Notes: generated by a model not told the origin, from the letters alone. Counted from the stretch's first letter, positions 9,667 to 18,250 are shown. The stretch: DNA of 64,000 nt from an uncultured Actinomycetota bacterium (GCA_963781685.1 CAWAGK010000017.1:108110-172109); one strand, 5' to 3'. Numbers and translations are program-made.

Positions 9667-10164
9667 ATGACAACACCCATCGAGCACCAGTGGCGTGAAA
9701 TCAATTCAGCCGGCGGTCGGTGTCAACGTCGCCGTGTGGCGCAAGTGATTTTTGCCGGGGCTGCGGCCATCGCGATGCTCGCGCTCTTCGACGCCGTACC
9801 GCACGGTACCGGCGAAACCACGGTCGCGTTGGGGTCGGTGCGCCTGGTAGACCAGGCCACTGACTTGCCAGCGCCGCCGGCGCCAGGGGGGCCGCCGCCA
9901 GGGGTGGTGTTGGCGCCGGGGATGACATGGCCGCCGACGTGGCCGCCGGGGGCAGCATTGCCGCAGGGGGCGTCGATGGTGCTGCCCGGCGGGCTGCCGC
10001 TGCCGCCCTTGCCGCCGGGGATGGCGTTGTCGCCGGAGTTGCAACAGGAGATATCGCAGATGTACATGCAGGGCCAGGAGATGTTGGCGGCGGGGCCGCC
10101 GCCGAACGTACCGAATGAGGTCTGCCGGTACAACACGGTCAGGGTCCCCTGTCCTCCCGCTTAG
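9667..10164 (+). CDS. Proline-rich putative membrane-anchored or secreted protein
   Basis: Hydrophobic segment VIFAGAAAIAMLALF followed by a Pro/Gly-rich region and terminal Cys pair (VCRYNTVRVPCPPA). Confidence 0.6.
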   Translation: MTTPIEHQWREINSAGGRCQRRRVAQVIFAGAAAIAMLALFDAVPHGTGETTVALGSVRLVDQATDLPAPPAPGGPPPGVVLAPGMTWPPTWPPGAALPQGASMVLPGGLPLPPLPPGMALSPELQQEISQMYMQGQEMLAAGPPPNVPNEVCRYNTVRVPCPPA

Positions 10165-10206
10165 GCTGTCGGCGCCGAGCGTTGACATCGCAACGACGAT
10201 GGTGGG

Positions 10207-10356
10207 ATGGACCATGACCGGTATCTCCTGCACGAGGTACACGCCGCCAAACTGGCCACCGACCTCACCTTCGGGATCGTTTCCACAGTCCTAATGTGGC
10301 GGCATCGCGTGGTACCGGCACTCGTGATCGCGTTCTTCAAAAGGTTCTTCGCGTAA
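10207..10356 (+). pseudogene. Short, probably truncated membrane-protein ORF (49 aa)
   Basis: MDHDRYLLHEVHAAKLATDLTFGIVSTVLMWRHRVVPALVIAFFKRFFA, read by hand. Confidence 0.35.
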
Positions 10357-10484
10357 TCGCTATCACCGGCTGCACAAGTTGCTTACGGCACGCGAAATGA
10401 GTTTCGCCGAAACCCACCGCTACGGCGACGTGACGGCGAAGAACCAAACCCGCCTTGAGCGTATCCGGCAACTTCACCCGCCGG

Positions 10485-11318
10485 TTACTTCTCCAGCGTG
10501 TACTGGGCGATATCGAGGTAGCCGTCGCGGAACCGCTCCGCACATCCACTCAGGTATCTGTCATAGCGGTTGTAGACTGCTTCACCCTGTAGCGCGATGG
10601 CCTCATCCTTATGTTCCCTCAGCGCCGCCGACCATATATCCAAGGTCTTCACATAGGATGATTGCAGCTGCTGGACGCGGGTGCAGGTGTAGCCGACCTT
10701 AGCGGCATAGTCTGGCACCATATCGAGTGTTGGGAGCCGACAGCCGGGGAAAATCTCATCGAGCATGAACTTGGTGAAGCGTGCCAGCTCGAAGGTCAGT
10801 GGCAAACCCTTTGCGATCATCTCTTTGGCGGTCAAGATGGTGATCGTGTGCAGCAGCATCACTCCGTCAGCCGGCATCGACTTATAGGTGATGTCGAAGA
10901 AGTCGTCATAGCGGTTGAAGTCGAAGTGCTCGAACGCGCCGATCGACACGATCCGGTCAACCTTGCCGTCCCATTCTTCCCAGCCTCGCAACTGGACCGA
11001 CTTCGAGCGCTTGCTCGGGTTCTTGTCGAGAAGGTCTTGAACGTGGGCGAGCTGGTTCTTACTCAGCGTCAGACCGATGACATTGACGTCGTACTTGTCC
11101 AGGGCTCGGTTAATACAGGCACCCCAGCCACAGCCGATATCGAGCAGCGTCATCCCAGGCTCCAGACCCAGCTTGCCGAGCGACAGGTCAATCTTCGCGA
11201 GCTGTGCCTCTTCGAGGGTCATGTCTTCCCGCTCGAAGTACGCACAGCTGTAACTCTGCGTCGGGTCTTGGAACAGCCGGAAGAACTCGTCAGACAGGTC
11301 GTAGTGCGCCTGCGCCAT
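10485..11318 (-). CDS. Mycolic acid cyclopropane synthase / methyltransferase (CmaA/MmaA/UmaA family)
   Basis: QAHYDLSDEFF, YSCAYFER, LLDIGCGWG, DRIVSIGAFEHF, IFPG, final QYTLEK; the true start may be a few codons upstream. Confidence 0.93.
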   Translation of the reverse strand: MAQAHYDLSDEFFRLFQDPTQSYSCAYFEREDMTLEEAQLAKIDLSLGKLGLEPGMTLLDIGCGWGACINRALDKYDVNVIGLTLSKNQLAHVQDLLDKNPSKRSKSVQLRGWEEWDGKVDRIVSIGAFEHFDFNRYDDFFDITYKSMPADGVMLLHTITILTAKEMIAKGLPLTFELARFTKFMLDEIFPGCRLPTLDMVPDYAAKVGYTCTRVQQLQSSYVKTLDIWSAALREHKDEAIALQGEAVYNRYDRYLSGCAERFRDGYLDIAQYTLEK

Positions 11319-11664
11319 CTCAAACTTGGGGATTAGTTTCCTGGAAATTACATCACGCCCTTCGCTCGAACCGTGTAGAGACGCCTGCCCACAAGCTACT
11401 GCGTCACAAGCCTTTATTCAAAAGTTCGGCGACTACCTGGTGCGATGAGCTTCAAGAAGTGAGCCCGAGACCCGGGCCTTTCGCTGAGCCTCGGGGGGTA
11501 TCTCAAACGAGTTACCGTGCCGTCCGGCCGCTGTTCGTCGCGCCATGCACAAGTCCCCGTTGAGGGCGTAGCGCGTCTCCGAGAACATTGCGGAAGTGTA
11601 AGCCGAGGGGCGAGTCGAGTTTCGGTGTCTTGCGAGGTGGCTATTAAAGCGTTCTTTAGCCAGT

Positions 11665-12008
11665 AGGTGCCATCATTTGATAAAGACGTTCTGGGGCTGG
11701 TCTGATCGACAATTGCCCGACGCCACCGTGATCTGGACATCACCGTCGGGGCATACCTATGTGACCACCCCGGGCAGCGCGTTGCTGTTCCCAAGCCTGA
11801 GCGCACCCACCGGCGCGCTAGACCCGGTCCGGATCGGCCTCGCTGCACCGACCGCACCGCGATGGTACCCACACGCCGACGCACCCGCGCGCAAAACCGC
11901 GCGGCACGCATCACCGTCGAACGCCGGCGCAATCAGCGCGTCCGACTGCGTGAACAGCACCGCGAAAAACTGCGGATCATCGCCAACGACGAGCCGCCGC
12001 CTTTCTAA
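11665..12008 (+). pseudogene. C-terminal fragment of REP13E12/DUF222 HNH gene (frameshifted)
   Basis: [45 protein letters not shown], then in another frame [22 protein letters not shown]...NDEPPPF* (TAA 12006-12008). Confidence 0.85.
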
Positions 12009-12023
12009 GAAAGCTGCTGCGGC

Positions 12024-12311
12024 TCAGCCAAATCCGGAGATGATCACCGCGTTGCAGTCCGCGGCGGCTTGGCGCAGCTTCGCTGCGTTCTGGTAGGCCT
12101 CGGACTCATACCACGCGCGGGCCGCATCCACCGACTCGAATTCGAGTAACACGGTCTGGTCGCCATGCCAGCTGCCTTCGACGACTTTGGGTGCGGTGTC
12201 CACCGCGAGGATGTTGACCCCACCCATCGCCGCGCCGGCGGCTCGCCCGTACGCCTTCATGCCTTCCGGATCCTTGATGGCCTCAGTGAGGATGACGTAA
12301 CCCTTCGGCAT
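12024..12311 (-). CDS. DUF1330 domain protein
   Basis: MPKGYVI...VVEGSW...[20 protein letters not shown]; RBS AAAGGAG. Confidence 0.9.
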   Translation of the reverse strand: MPKGYVILTEAIKDPEGMKAYGRAAGAAMGGVNILAVDTAPKVVEGSWHGDQTVLLEFESVDAARAWYESEAYQNAAKLRQAAADCNAVIISGFG

Positions 12312-12330
12312 AGTCCACGATCTCCTTTGG

Positions 12331-12519
12331 TCAGCGTTCGGCGATGGCCTGTTCGGGGCAGCAATCGATGGCCTCTTGGGTGGCCGCCTCGAATTCCGTT
12401 GGCACATCGGAATCGATCGCCTCGGCGTAGCCATCGTCGGTCAGGTTGAACACATCCTCACACAGCGTGACGCACACGCCGTGGCCGCGGCAGCGCTGGT
12501 CGTCAACCCAGACTTTCAT
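12331..12519 (-). CDS. Ferredoxin
   Basis: CRGHGVC...CPEQAI; ATG overlaps the P450 stop. Confidence 0.92.
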   Translation of the reverse strand: MKVWVDDQRCRGHGVCVTLCEDVFNLTDDGYAEAIDSDVPTEFEAATQEAIDCCPEQAIAER

Positions 12520-13787
12520 GCCGGCGTGAACTCCAGGTGCAGCTCGGTCAGGCCGCGCAGGATGTAGGTCGGAACATATTGGTAGCGACGATCATTCGCC
12601 GGCCCGTGAACGCGTTCGTTGATCCGGATGTCGGACGTGCGGTCCAGCAGCCGCTCGATGGCCACCCGCGTTTCGGCACGCGCCAATGGCGCACCGGGGC
12701 AGCTGTGAATGCCCCGCCCAAACGAGATGTGCTGGCGGGCATTCTTTCTGGCCGGATCGAATGTGGTGGGGTCTTCGAACCGGCGCGGATCGCGGTTGGC
12801 CGCGGCCTGCACGACCATCACCGTTGTGCCAGCTGGCAAGTCGACTCCGCCGATGTTGACCGGCCTGCGGTTCATCCGGAAATCTCCCTTAACCGGGCTC
12901 TCGATGCGAAGCGACTCTTCGATGAAGTTCGGAATCAGGCTGCGGTCCTTGCGCAACTGCGCCTGGATGTCGGGACGCTCCCCCATGGTCTGCAGCGCGG
13001 CGCCCAGCAGTCGCACGGTGGTTTCCTGACCCGCCGAGAAGACGTTGCTCGCGACGCGCGCGACATCCTCGACATCAGGAGTCGAGCCGTCGGGGTAGGT
13101 GGCGGTCGCGAGGCCGGTCAGCACGTCGTCGCGGGGCTCACGGCGGCGGTCCCGGACATAGTCGGAGAAAAGACCGTAGAGGAATTCCAGCGGGCTGTGC
13201 GCCAGCGATTCCTTGCCGGTGCCCCCGACGCCGCCCCCCGAGTGCTCACGGATGCCTTTGATGAACTTGTCGCGATCTTCCATGGGCACGCCCAGCAGAT
13301 CGGCGATGACCAGCAGCGTGAAGGGACCCGCGAAGCCCTTGATCCATTCGCCTTCGCCAGGAGCCAGGAATCCGTCGAGCACTTGGTCGGCGAGCACCCA
13401 CATGGCGTCCTCGTTCTCCTTGAGGCGCTTCGGGGTGATCAGCCGCATCAGCAGGGAGCGGTGGTTGGTGTGGGTCGGCGGATCAAGTGTGGGCAGCTGG
13501 TCGCTGAACGGCAGCTCGTCGCGATGTTGCTCGATCAGCTCGGTGACGTCGTCACCCTCGAGCGGCACCGGAAAGCCGGGAAACGGACCGGTCACCGAGA
13601 TGCACGACGACCACGTCTCGGCGTCGTTGAGCACGGCGCAGGCCTCGTCCCAACCCGTCACCATCGTGACGTCGTGGTGGCTTTCCCGGGTCACCGGGCA
13701 CTGCTGCCGCAGCGCCTCGTAGTAGGGGTACGGGTCCGCGATGAGCTCGCTGCCGCGGAAGAAGTCCAACTCGGTGAAGTCATTCAC
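12516..13787 (-). CDS. Cytochrome P450 (CYP150-like)
   Basis: FSAGQETT I-helix, EESLR, SFGRGIHSCPG; probable GTG start at 13787 (ORF open to 13805); subfamily from memory only. Confidence 0.93.
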   Translation of the reverse strand: MNDFTELDFFRGSELIADPYPYYEALRQQCPVTRESHHDVTMVTGWDEACAVLNDAETWSSCISVTGPFPGFPVPLEGDDVTELIEQHRDELPFSDQLPTLDPPTHTNHRSLLMRLITPKRLKENEDAMWVLADQVLDGFLAPGEGEWIKGFAGPFTLLVIADLLGVPMEDRDKFIKGIREHSGGGVGGTGKESLAHSPLEFLYGLFSDYVRDRRREPRDDVLTGLATATYPDGSTPDVEDVARVASNVFSAGQETTVRLLGAALQTMGERPDIQAQLRKDRSLIPNFIEESLRIESPVKGDFRMNRRPVNIGGVDLPAGTTVMVVQAAANRDPRRFEDPTTFDPARKNARQHISFGRGIHSCPGAPLARAETRVAIERLLDRTSDIRINERVHGPANDRRYQYVPTYILRGLTELHLEFTPA

Positions 13788-13816
13788 TATCGCGCACCGC
13801 TCCAATCTCGATCTGT

Positions 13817-13831
13817 GAGAATGCGCCTCTC
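13817..13831. promoter_or_regulatory. Putative operator, GAGAAT-N3-ATTCTC family
   Basis: GAGAATGCGCCTCTC (10/12) immediately upstream of the P450. Confidence 0.45.
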
Positions 13832-13896
13832 AGAGATGAGTATTAGGTTTCCACAGAGCAGGCCGCGACGTCAACGCGGCGCGGGAGCCCTGCGAG

Positions 13897-14403
13897 CTAG
13901 CCAGCCGGAATGAGGTCGGCCTCGACAGCTGCGAAGGCCATTACCCTGCTGCGGAACGTCTCGACCAGCCCGATCGAATCCAGCGGCATCGCCGCGGCCG
14001 CCAGGGCCTGCGCCTTGAACGCCTGGGCCGCGGCGCTGAGCCGGTGCTGGACCAGACCCACGCTGTCGTCCAGCTCGGCCGGCCACGTCTCACCCCACAA
14101 GGTGACTTCGGTGGCACCCTGGTCGAGCGCCTGCACGACGCCCTGCCGGACGCGCGAATCGCAGCCGAATAGGTCCGCCGCAGCGGCCAGGGTCTGGGGA
14201 GGCGGCCGGTGCCCCGCCGTTGCCAGTGCGTATTCCAGATCGACGATCTGGGCGCCGAGGATCTGCAGCGGTCGTTCGTCGGGGTGGTCGACGAGCAAGA
14301 CGGTGACGTCCCAGCCGGCCATCGCCCGGTCGAACAGCCAACCGCCGGCGAACTTCACCACATCGGCGACGTCCGCGGCGACCACGTCGAGCCGGTATCT
14401 CAT
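13897..14403 (-). CDS. Conserved hypothetical protein
   Basis: MRYRLDVVAADVADVVKFAGGWLFDRAMAGWDV...; ATG overlaps the TetR stop (ATGA). Confidence 0.75.
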   Translation of the reverse strand: MRYRLDVVAADVADVVKFAGGWLFDRAMAGWDVTVLLVDHPDERPLQILGAQIVDLEYALATAGHRPPPQTLAAAADLFGCDSRVRQGVVQALDQGATEVTLWGETWPAELDDSVGLVQHRLSAAAQAFKAQALAAAAMPLDSIGLVETFRSRVMAFAAVEADLIPAG

Positions 14404-15005
14404 ACCTGGCTCGGTGGTGCCATGTCCCGAGCCAACGATTCCGCGTATTCCTTGAAGACCTCGGTCAGTGGTATCGAGGGATTGATCAACCATGTGGTCT
14501 CCATTCCGGTGATGAAGGCAAGGATCTGCACTGCCTTGACGGTCACATCCATATCCATGCGATACCGGCCGGCCTGCTGACCTCGCCGGACGAGCTCGGT
14601 GATGATGTCGACCGCTCCCTGGTATCTGGCGGCGAGGCGGTCGTGCAGCGGTGCGTCAGGGTCGACGTTCTCCGCCAGCAGGACGGTGAACGTGCCCACC
14701 AGTTCGGGCGACCGATAGAACCGATCGGCGACCGCGGCGATCTCTGCGATCAGATCGCCGGCCCGGTCCGCGTGCGCGTCGTCATCGGCGTCGCGGACGT
14801 CGAGCACGGCGTGTAAAAGGTGTTCCTTGGATTCGAAGTGATGCAGCAGGCCGGCGGGGCTGACACCGGCTTCGCCGGCGATCTGGGCCAGCGTCGTATT
14901 GCGCCACCCGTTGCGGGTCAGCAGTCGCTGCGCGACGGCCAGGATCCGCTGTTTGCGGTCCTCACCCTTGGCGCGCAGCGAGTCATACGGCCGTGTCTCG
15001 GGCAC
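14400..15005 (-). CDS. TetR/AcrR family regulator
   Basis: HTH TTLAQIAGEAGVSPAGLLHHFESKE; GTG at 15005 with AAGGAG RBS. Confidence 0.93.
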   Translation of the reverse strand: MPETRPYDSLRAKGEDRKQRILAVAQRLLTRNGWRNTTLAQIAGEAGVSPAGLLHHFESKEHLLHAVLDVRDADDDAHADRAGDLIAEIAAVADRFYRSPELVGTFTVLLAENVDPDAPLHDRLAARYQGAVDIITELVRRGQQAGRYRMDMDVTVKAVQILAFITGMETTWLINPSIPLTEVFKEYAESLARDMAPPSQV

Positions 15006-15017
15006 CGGACTCCTTCG

Positions 15018-15055
15018 TCCAACCAACCAACTGAACACACAGTAGGTTGGTTGGA
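15018..15055. promoter_or_regulatory. 16-bp inverted repeat, likely TetR operator
   Basis: TCCAACCAACCAACTG-AACACA-CAGTAGGTTGGTTGGA (15/16 match) just upstream of the TetR start. Confidence 0.6.
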
Positions 15056-15086
15056 CGACTGTGACAAGGGTCGCATTTTGGCGCCT

Positions 15087-15123
15087 GGTTACAAACCAAG
15101 CGACTTGGCGATGATCACCTTCA
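15087..15123 (+). repeat. att site copy 1 (displaced 3' end of the acyl-CoA dehydrogenase gene)
   Basis: ACAAACCAAGCGACTTGGCGATGATCACCTTCA (15091-15123) identical to 22702-22734; minus strand encodes KVIIAKSLGL-TAA. Confidence 0.92.
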
Positions 15124-15292
15124 ACATCATCCTGGGCGTTGGTACCCGAAAACTGTGTTGGCTATTCGATAAACCCCCTGCTCAGACTGTTGGGCGCGTT
15201 GATCGCCGGAAGATGCCCGAAATTCTGCTGCGGACGATCTGCGGACGGTCCGGGGCGACGGCGCGGACCCGGCCGCCGATACCGTCCGATGG

Positions 15293-15508
15293 TCATGGCC
15301 GACACCGACACCGACGCGGGCGGTTTCGCCTCAGGAAATCATCGAGGTCTTCCGCTTGGACGAAGGAGCGGCGGCCGATCTTAACGAGCGACAATTCGCC
15401 TCCCTTGACCAGCGCGTAGAACGTGGTGGGGCTGATGCCGCCCAGTTGCTGCCGGGCCTCCTTGAGGTCGCGCAATGCCTTCGCGAGCCGCTCAGCGGCG
15501 TCGCTCAT
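15293..15508 (-). CDS. Excisionase-like helix-turn-helix protein
   Basis: LKEARQQLGGISPTTFYALVKGGELSLVKIGRRSFV is a MerR/Xis-type winged helix; located at the element end. Confidence 0.75.
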   Translation of the reverse strand: MSDAAERLAKALRDLKEARQQLGGISPTTFYALVKGGELSLVKIGRRSFVQAEDLDDFLRRNRPRRCRCRP

Positions 15509-15717
15509 CGCTGCCGTCTCGGTTCATCAGTACGTTGAAACGTGTTGCGATCCAACCATTCCAAGACGTCGCGCCATCGGTACAGCACCCGGCTGCCGCG
15601 CTTAATGAACTTCGGGCCGGTGCCCTTATAGCGATCCTGGGCGAGCGCGGCGGTAGTGGTGTGGAGATACGTGGCGACTTCGGCGGGCGTCGCCAGTGAC
15701 GGTAGTTGATCAGACAT
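15505..15717 (-). CDS. AlpA/HTH_17-like DNA-binding protein
   Basis: LATPAEVATYLHTTTAALAQDRYKGTGPKFIKRGSRVLYRWRDVLEWL; stop overlaps the next ATG. Confidence 0.85.
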   Translation of the reverse strand: MSDQLPSLATPAEVATYLHTTTAALAQDRYKGTGPKFIKRGSRVLYRWRDVLEWLDRNTFQRTDEPRRQR

Positions 15718-15953
15718 GACCGGCGATCGTACCCAGCTCAAGGTCGAGCCCTTGTCAGGATTGAACTCTCCTGATGGGCCTCAGGGGGAGCGTCAAAAGC
15801 CCTCTTAACAGGCATAATTCATCTCTACTGATCACTACAGATATCTGTAACTAAGGCCAAATTGTGGGCAATGTGGGCGGCGCTCAACTACAACCGCATT
15901 GATCCCGAGCGCGAGGTTTGTAGCCCAAGTGGAGCACCTCATGCAGCATGTCG

Positions 15954-16334
15954 TCACCGTGCATTGCCCGGAGCCGCCGGGCTCGTGGGACTCGTTGGGG
16001 TCGTAGGATTCGTTGAGCTCACAGGGCTCTTAGGACTCAGAGGGCTCGTAGGGCTCGTAGGGCTCGTAGGACTCGTGGGCGTGGGACTCGCAAGGCCTGG
16101 GCCTTCGCCACACCAGTCCGCCACATCTTTCGGGTACTGCTCGAGCGGTAGAGGACAACGCTGCCCCGGCGGGAAATTGGCGCCGGCGTTGAGCAGATCG
16201 CAGGGAACATAGACCTGCTTGCCTTTGGGGGTGTTGGTCAAACACTGTGTCGGAGGCTGGGCATGAGCCTGAACAGGGACGATGATCGCCACCGCCACAG
16301 CACCGAGCACCGACACAAGACGGCGACAAGTCAT
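15954..16334 (-). CDS. Putative secreted protein with Ser/Pro/Thr-repeat tail
   Basis: Signal peptide ending AHA|Q, four Cys in the mature part, (SPT)n tail. Confidence 0.7.
   Translation of the reverse strand: MTCRRLVSVLGAVAVAIIVPVQAHAQPPTQCLTNTPKGKQVYVPCDLLNAGANFPPGQRCPLPLEQYPKDVADWCGEGPGLASPTPTSPTSPTSPTSPLSPKSPVSSTNPTTPTSPTSPAAPGNAR
15978..16092. repeat. Degenerate 9-bp tandem repeat (about 12 units, GGGCTCGTA consensus)
   Basis: Three perfect GGGCTCGTA units near 16042-16068 with degenerate flanks; encodes the SPT repeats. Confidence 0.85.
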
Positions 16335-16491
16335 GAGAACTCCTCTTGAGGAGTAAATCTAGAGATCCTTCAGGATGCAAATGTCGACGCAGCCGCCACA
16401 CGGCGCATACGCACGAAGGCAGCCAAGGGCACGCGCCTACCACGTTCACCGGGGCGGAGCTTGACGTGGTACGCGGCCAAAGGAGAAAAGC

Positions 16492-16992
16492 GTGAATAGA
16501 GGTCTCGATGAAGTATTCCCGCCGACACCGGAAGTGTGGGCTGAGCTAGCCCAGCACGAGATGGCGGGTGATCACCAGTTCGGCAAGGCTGTCCGGTTCT
16601 TAGAAGAGGGTGGCACCGACCGGAATCTCCTCGCGGAGCGATTGGGCATCAAAGTTGACTATGCCGACTGGCTGCTGAATCACGCCCGGAAGATGAAGCG
16701 CGGGACTATCCGCGTCGTAGTTAGTGAGAAAAACGACGGTCGGGAGACGGCAAGTAACCAGGCTCACCACTACCGCTACGTGTTGGACGACGACCTCACC
16801 CCTGAAACCCGGCACTATGTGGAAGCGGTTATAGCGAAATTCCGAACCGTCAACCCTGACATCCCGATAACGGCGGCGAATGCTCAAGGTGCTCATGACT
16901 CCTACGAGCGAGAAATTAGGTCCGAGCCGGCCCTATGCACCAACCCTGATTGTGAATGGGCCTGGACGCGCCACGGTGGCGAATGCTCGTAA
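16492..16992 (+). CDS. Hypothetical protein with C-terminal Cys/His cluster (CTNPDC-x6-HGGEC)
   Basis: RBS AAAGGAG before the GTG; 166-aa ORF; AT-richer codon usage than the backbone. Confidence 0.75.
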   Translation: MNRGLDEVFPPTPEVWAELAQHEMAGDHQFGKAVRFLEEGGTDRNLLAERLGIKVDYADWLLNHARKMKRGTIRVVVSEKNDGRETASNQAHHYRYVLDDDLTPETRHYVEAVIAKFRTVNPDIPITAANAQGAHDSYEREIRSEPALCTNPDCEWAWTRHGGECS

Positions 16993-17042
16993 CGATTGAC
17001 CTCTAGGATCCAGACTCCCGCCACTGTCTCAACTCGGACCAA

Positions 17043-17345
17043 TCAGCCGACCGCCGCGAGCTGCCGCTGCGCTGCAGCAGCCTGCACTATCCGCTGCGCA
17101 GTCCTGTAGTTGATCCCTGATGCTTTGGCGGCAGCGTTTATTGATGCGCCGGCACGGCATCCTGCCAGCGCTGCGATCACGGTCTCAATGGACTGTGTGG
17201 TCACGCCGGACGCAATCAATTTCGATGCAAGTTCTGCGTCGGCCTGTGCAGCTTCGGCATCAATCGGGTTCTCTTCAGTTTGCGCTGAAGCCTGCGCCGC
17301 GTGTGCCTGGTTGGGTTGTGCCGATGCAGAGGCTGGCACCCGCAC
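17043..17345 (-). pseudogene. C-terminal remnant of a mobile-element membrane/HTH protein (DUF2637-like tail)
   Basis: GASINAAAKASGINYRTAQRIV HTH-like terminus; no credible start. Confidence 0.45.
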
Positions 17346-17424
17346 AGCCTGTTTCCCGGTGCCCGCGCATCAGCCGGGGCCCAGTATGCACCCCGATGCA
17401 CAGCCGATCGGCGCCAGCGGTGCC

Positions 17425-17556
17425 CGCGGCAACTGCAGCGTTCATCTCTTCGAGTTGGGTCTCCCACAGCCGCGTGGAACCCTCGACATCTGCCAGCAGC
17501 AGCGTCGCCATTCCCGTCGGCAAAAACCCGCTCACGCCCAGCTCACTCCAGTCCAC
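17425..17556 (-). pseudogene. 5' fragment of adenylate-cyclase-domain/LuxR regulator (Rv0386/Rv2488c-like family)
   Basis: MDWSELGVSGFLPTGMATLLLADVEGSTRLWETQLEEMNAAVA, after which similarity is lost. Confidence 0.7.
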
Positions 17557-17679
17557 TAGCGGCGTGTCACGCTCATGCTAGCCAGCATCCGGCGCCCTGA
17601 TACCCCGAACGATCAGCGGAAACGCGAATAACGCCGCTTTCCGACGCCGTAGATTTATGGCCGTGACCTGCATCAATGT

Positions 17680-17706
17680 TGGTGCAGCTGCCCGGAATCG
17701 AACCCG
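17680..17706 (-). other. Isolated tmRNA (ssrA)/tRNA-like 3'-end fragment, att-site remnant
   Basis: Minus strand CGGGTTCGATTCCGGGCAGCTGCACCA is T-arm + acceptor 3' strand + CCA; close to the mycobacterial ssrA 3' end as recalled; no 5' part of an RNA gene. Confidence 0.65.
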
Positions 17707-17884
17707 TTGCTGAACAGGGAAAAGGGTTCTGATCTGCGCCCGTGCCCAATACGGACCCAATGAGATAGGCGCGGGGGCGTGGCGAATCGCAACACGAAAC
17801 CGCAGCTCACGCTTCGGTGGTCGCTCTTGATGTCGGCCAACGAATTGCCAGCGCTGTCGCGCCGCCGCGATTACCGTGTGCATC

Positions 17885-18127
17885 ATGTCCTCAGAGGTCC
17901 CTGACACCAAGCCATCAGGCGGCCGCGCCCACCGCATTTCGGTGCGGCACTGGTTGGCCATCATCCTCATCGTCCTGGCGGCGATCTTCATAGTGCAAAA
18001 CACGGTTCGCCATGAGGTTCATTTACTGTGGGCCACCGTCGAGGCAGCGACCTGGCTGGTGCTGAGCGTCATCTTTTTCGTCGGTGTCGTAACGGGCGTG
18101 CTATTGCACCGCCGCCGACGCCGTTGA
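17885..18127 (+). CDS. Small two-TM membrane protein (LapA/DUF1049-like)
   Basis: WLAIILIVLAAIFIVQN...VHLLW...WLVLSVIFFVGVVTGVLL-RRRRR. Confidence 0.8.
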   Translation: MSSEVPDTKPSGGRAHRISVRHWLAIILIVLAAIFIVQNTVRHEVHLLWATVEAATWLVLSVIFFVGVVTGVLLHRRRRR

Positions 18128-18250
18128 CCTCCCGAACCTCATCTCGCCCGCCCTGGCGCGCCGAGGGCGATTTTGGCCCGTCATCCGCGTGGGTTGCGGG
18201 CCGGTTGCATCTCGAGGTCCCAAACTGATCCCACCTAACCGCGCATGCCA

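Noticed and set aside
11320-11665. 345-bp leader upstream of the cyclopropane synthase as a riboswitch (e.g. SAM-IV)
   Set aside because: No conserved riboswitch core recognised by eye; would need an Infernal/Rfam scan
15978-16092. Short periodic repeat considered as a CRISPR or ncRNA array
   Set aside because: 9-bp period without spacers; it encodes the SPT tail of a CDS; no cas genes
17640-17760. Possible intact tRNA gene
   Set aside because: Only the T-arm and acceptor 3' strand are present; no D-arm or anticodon arm can be folded
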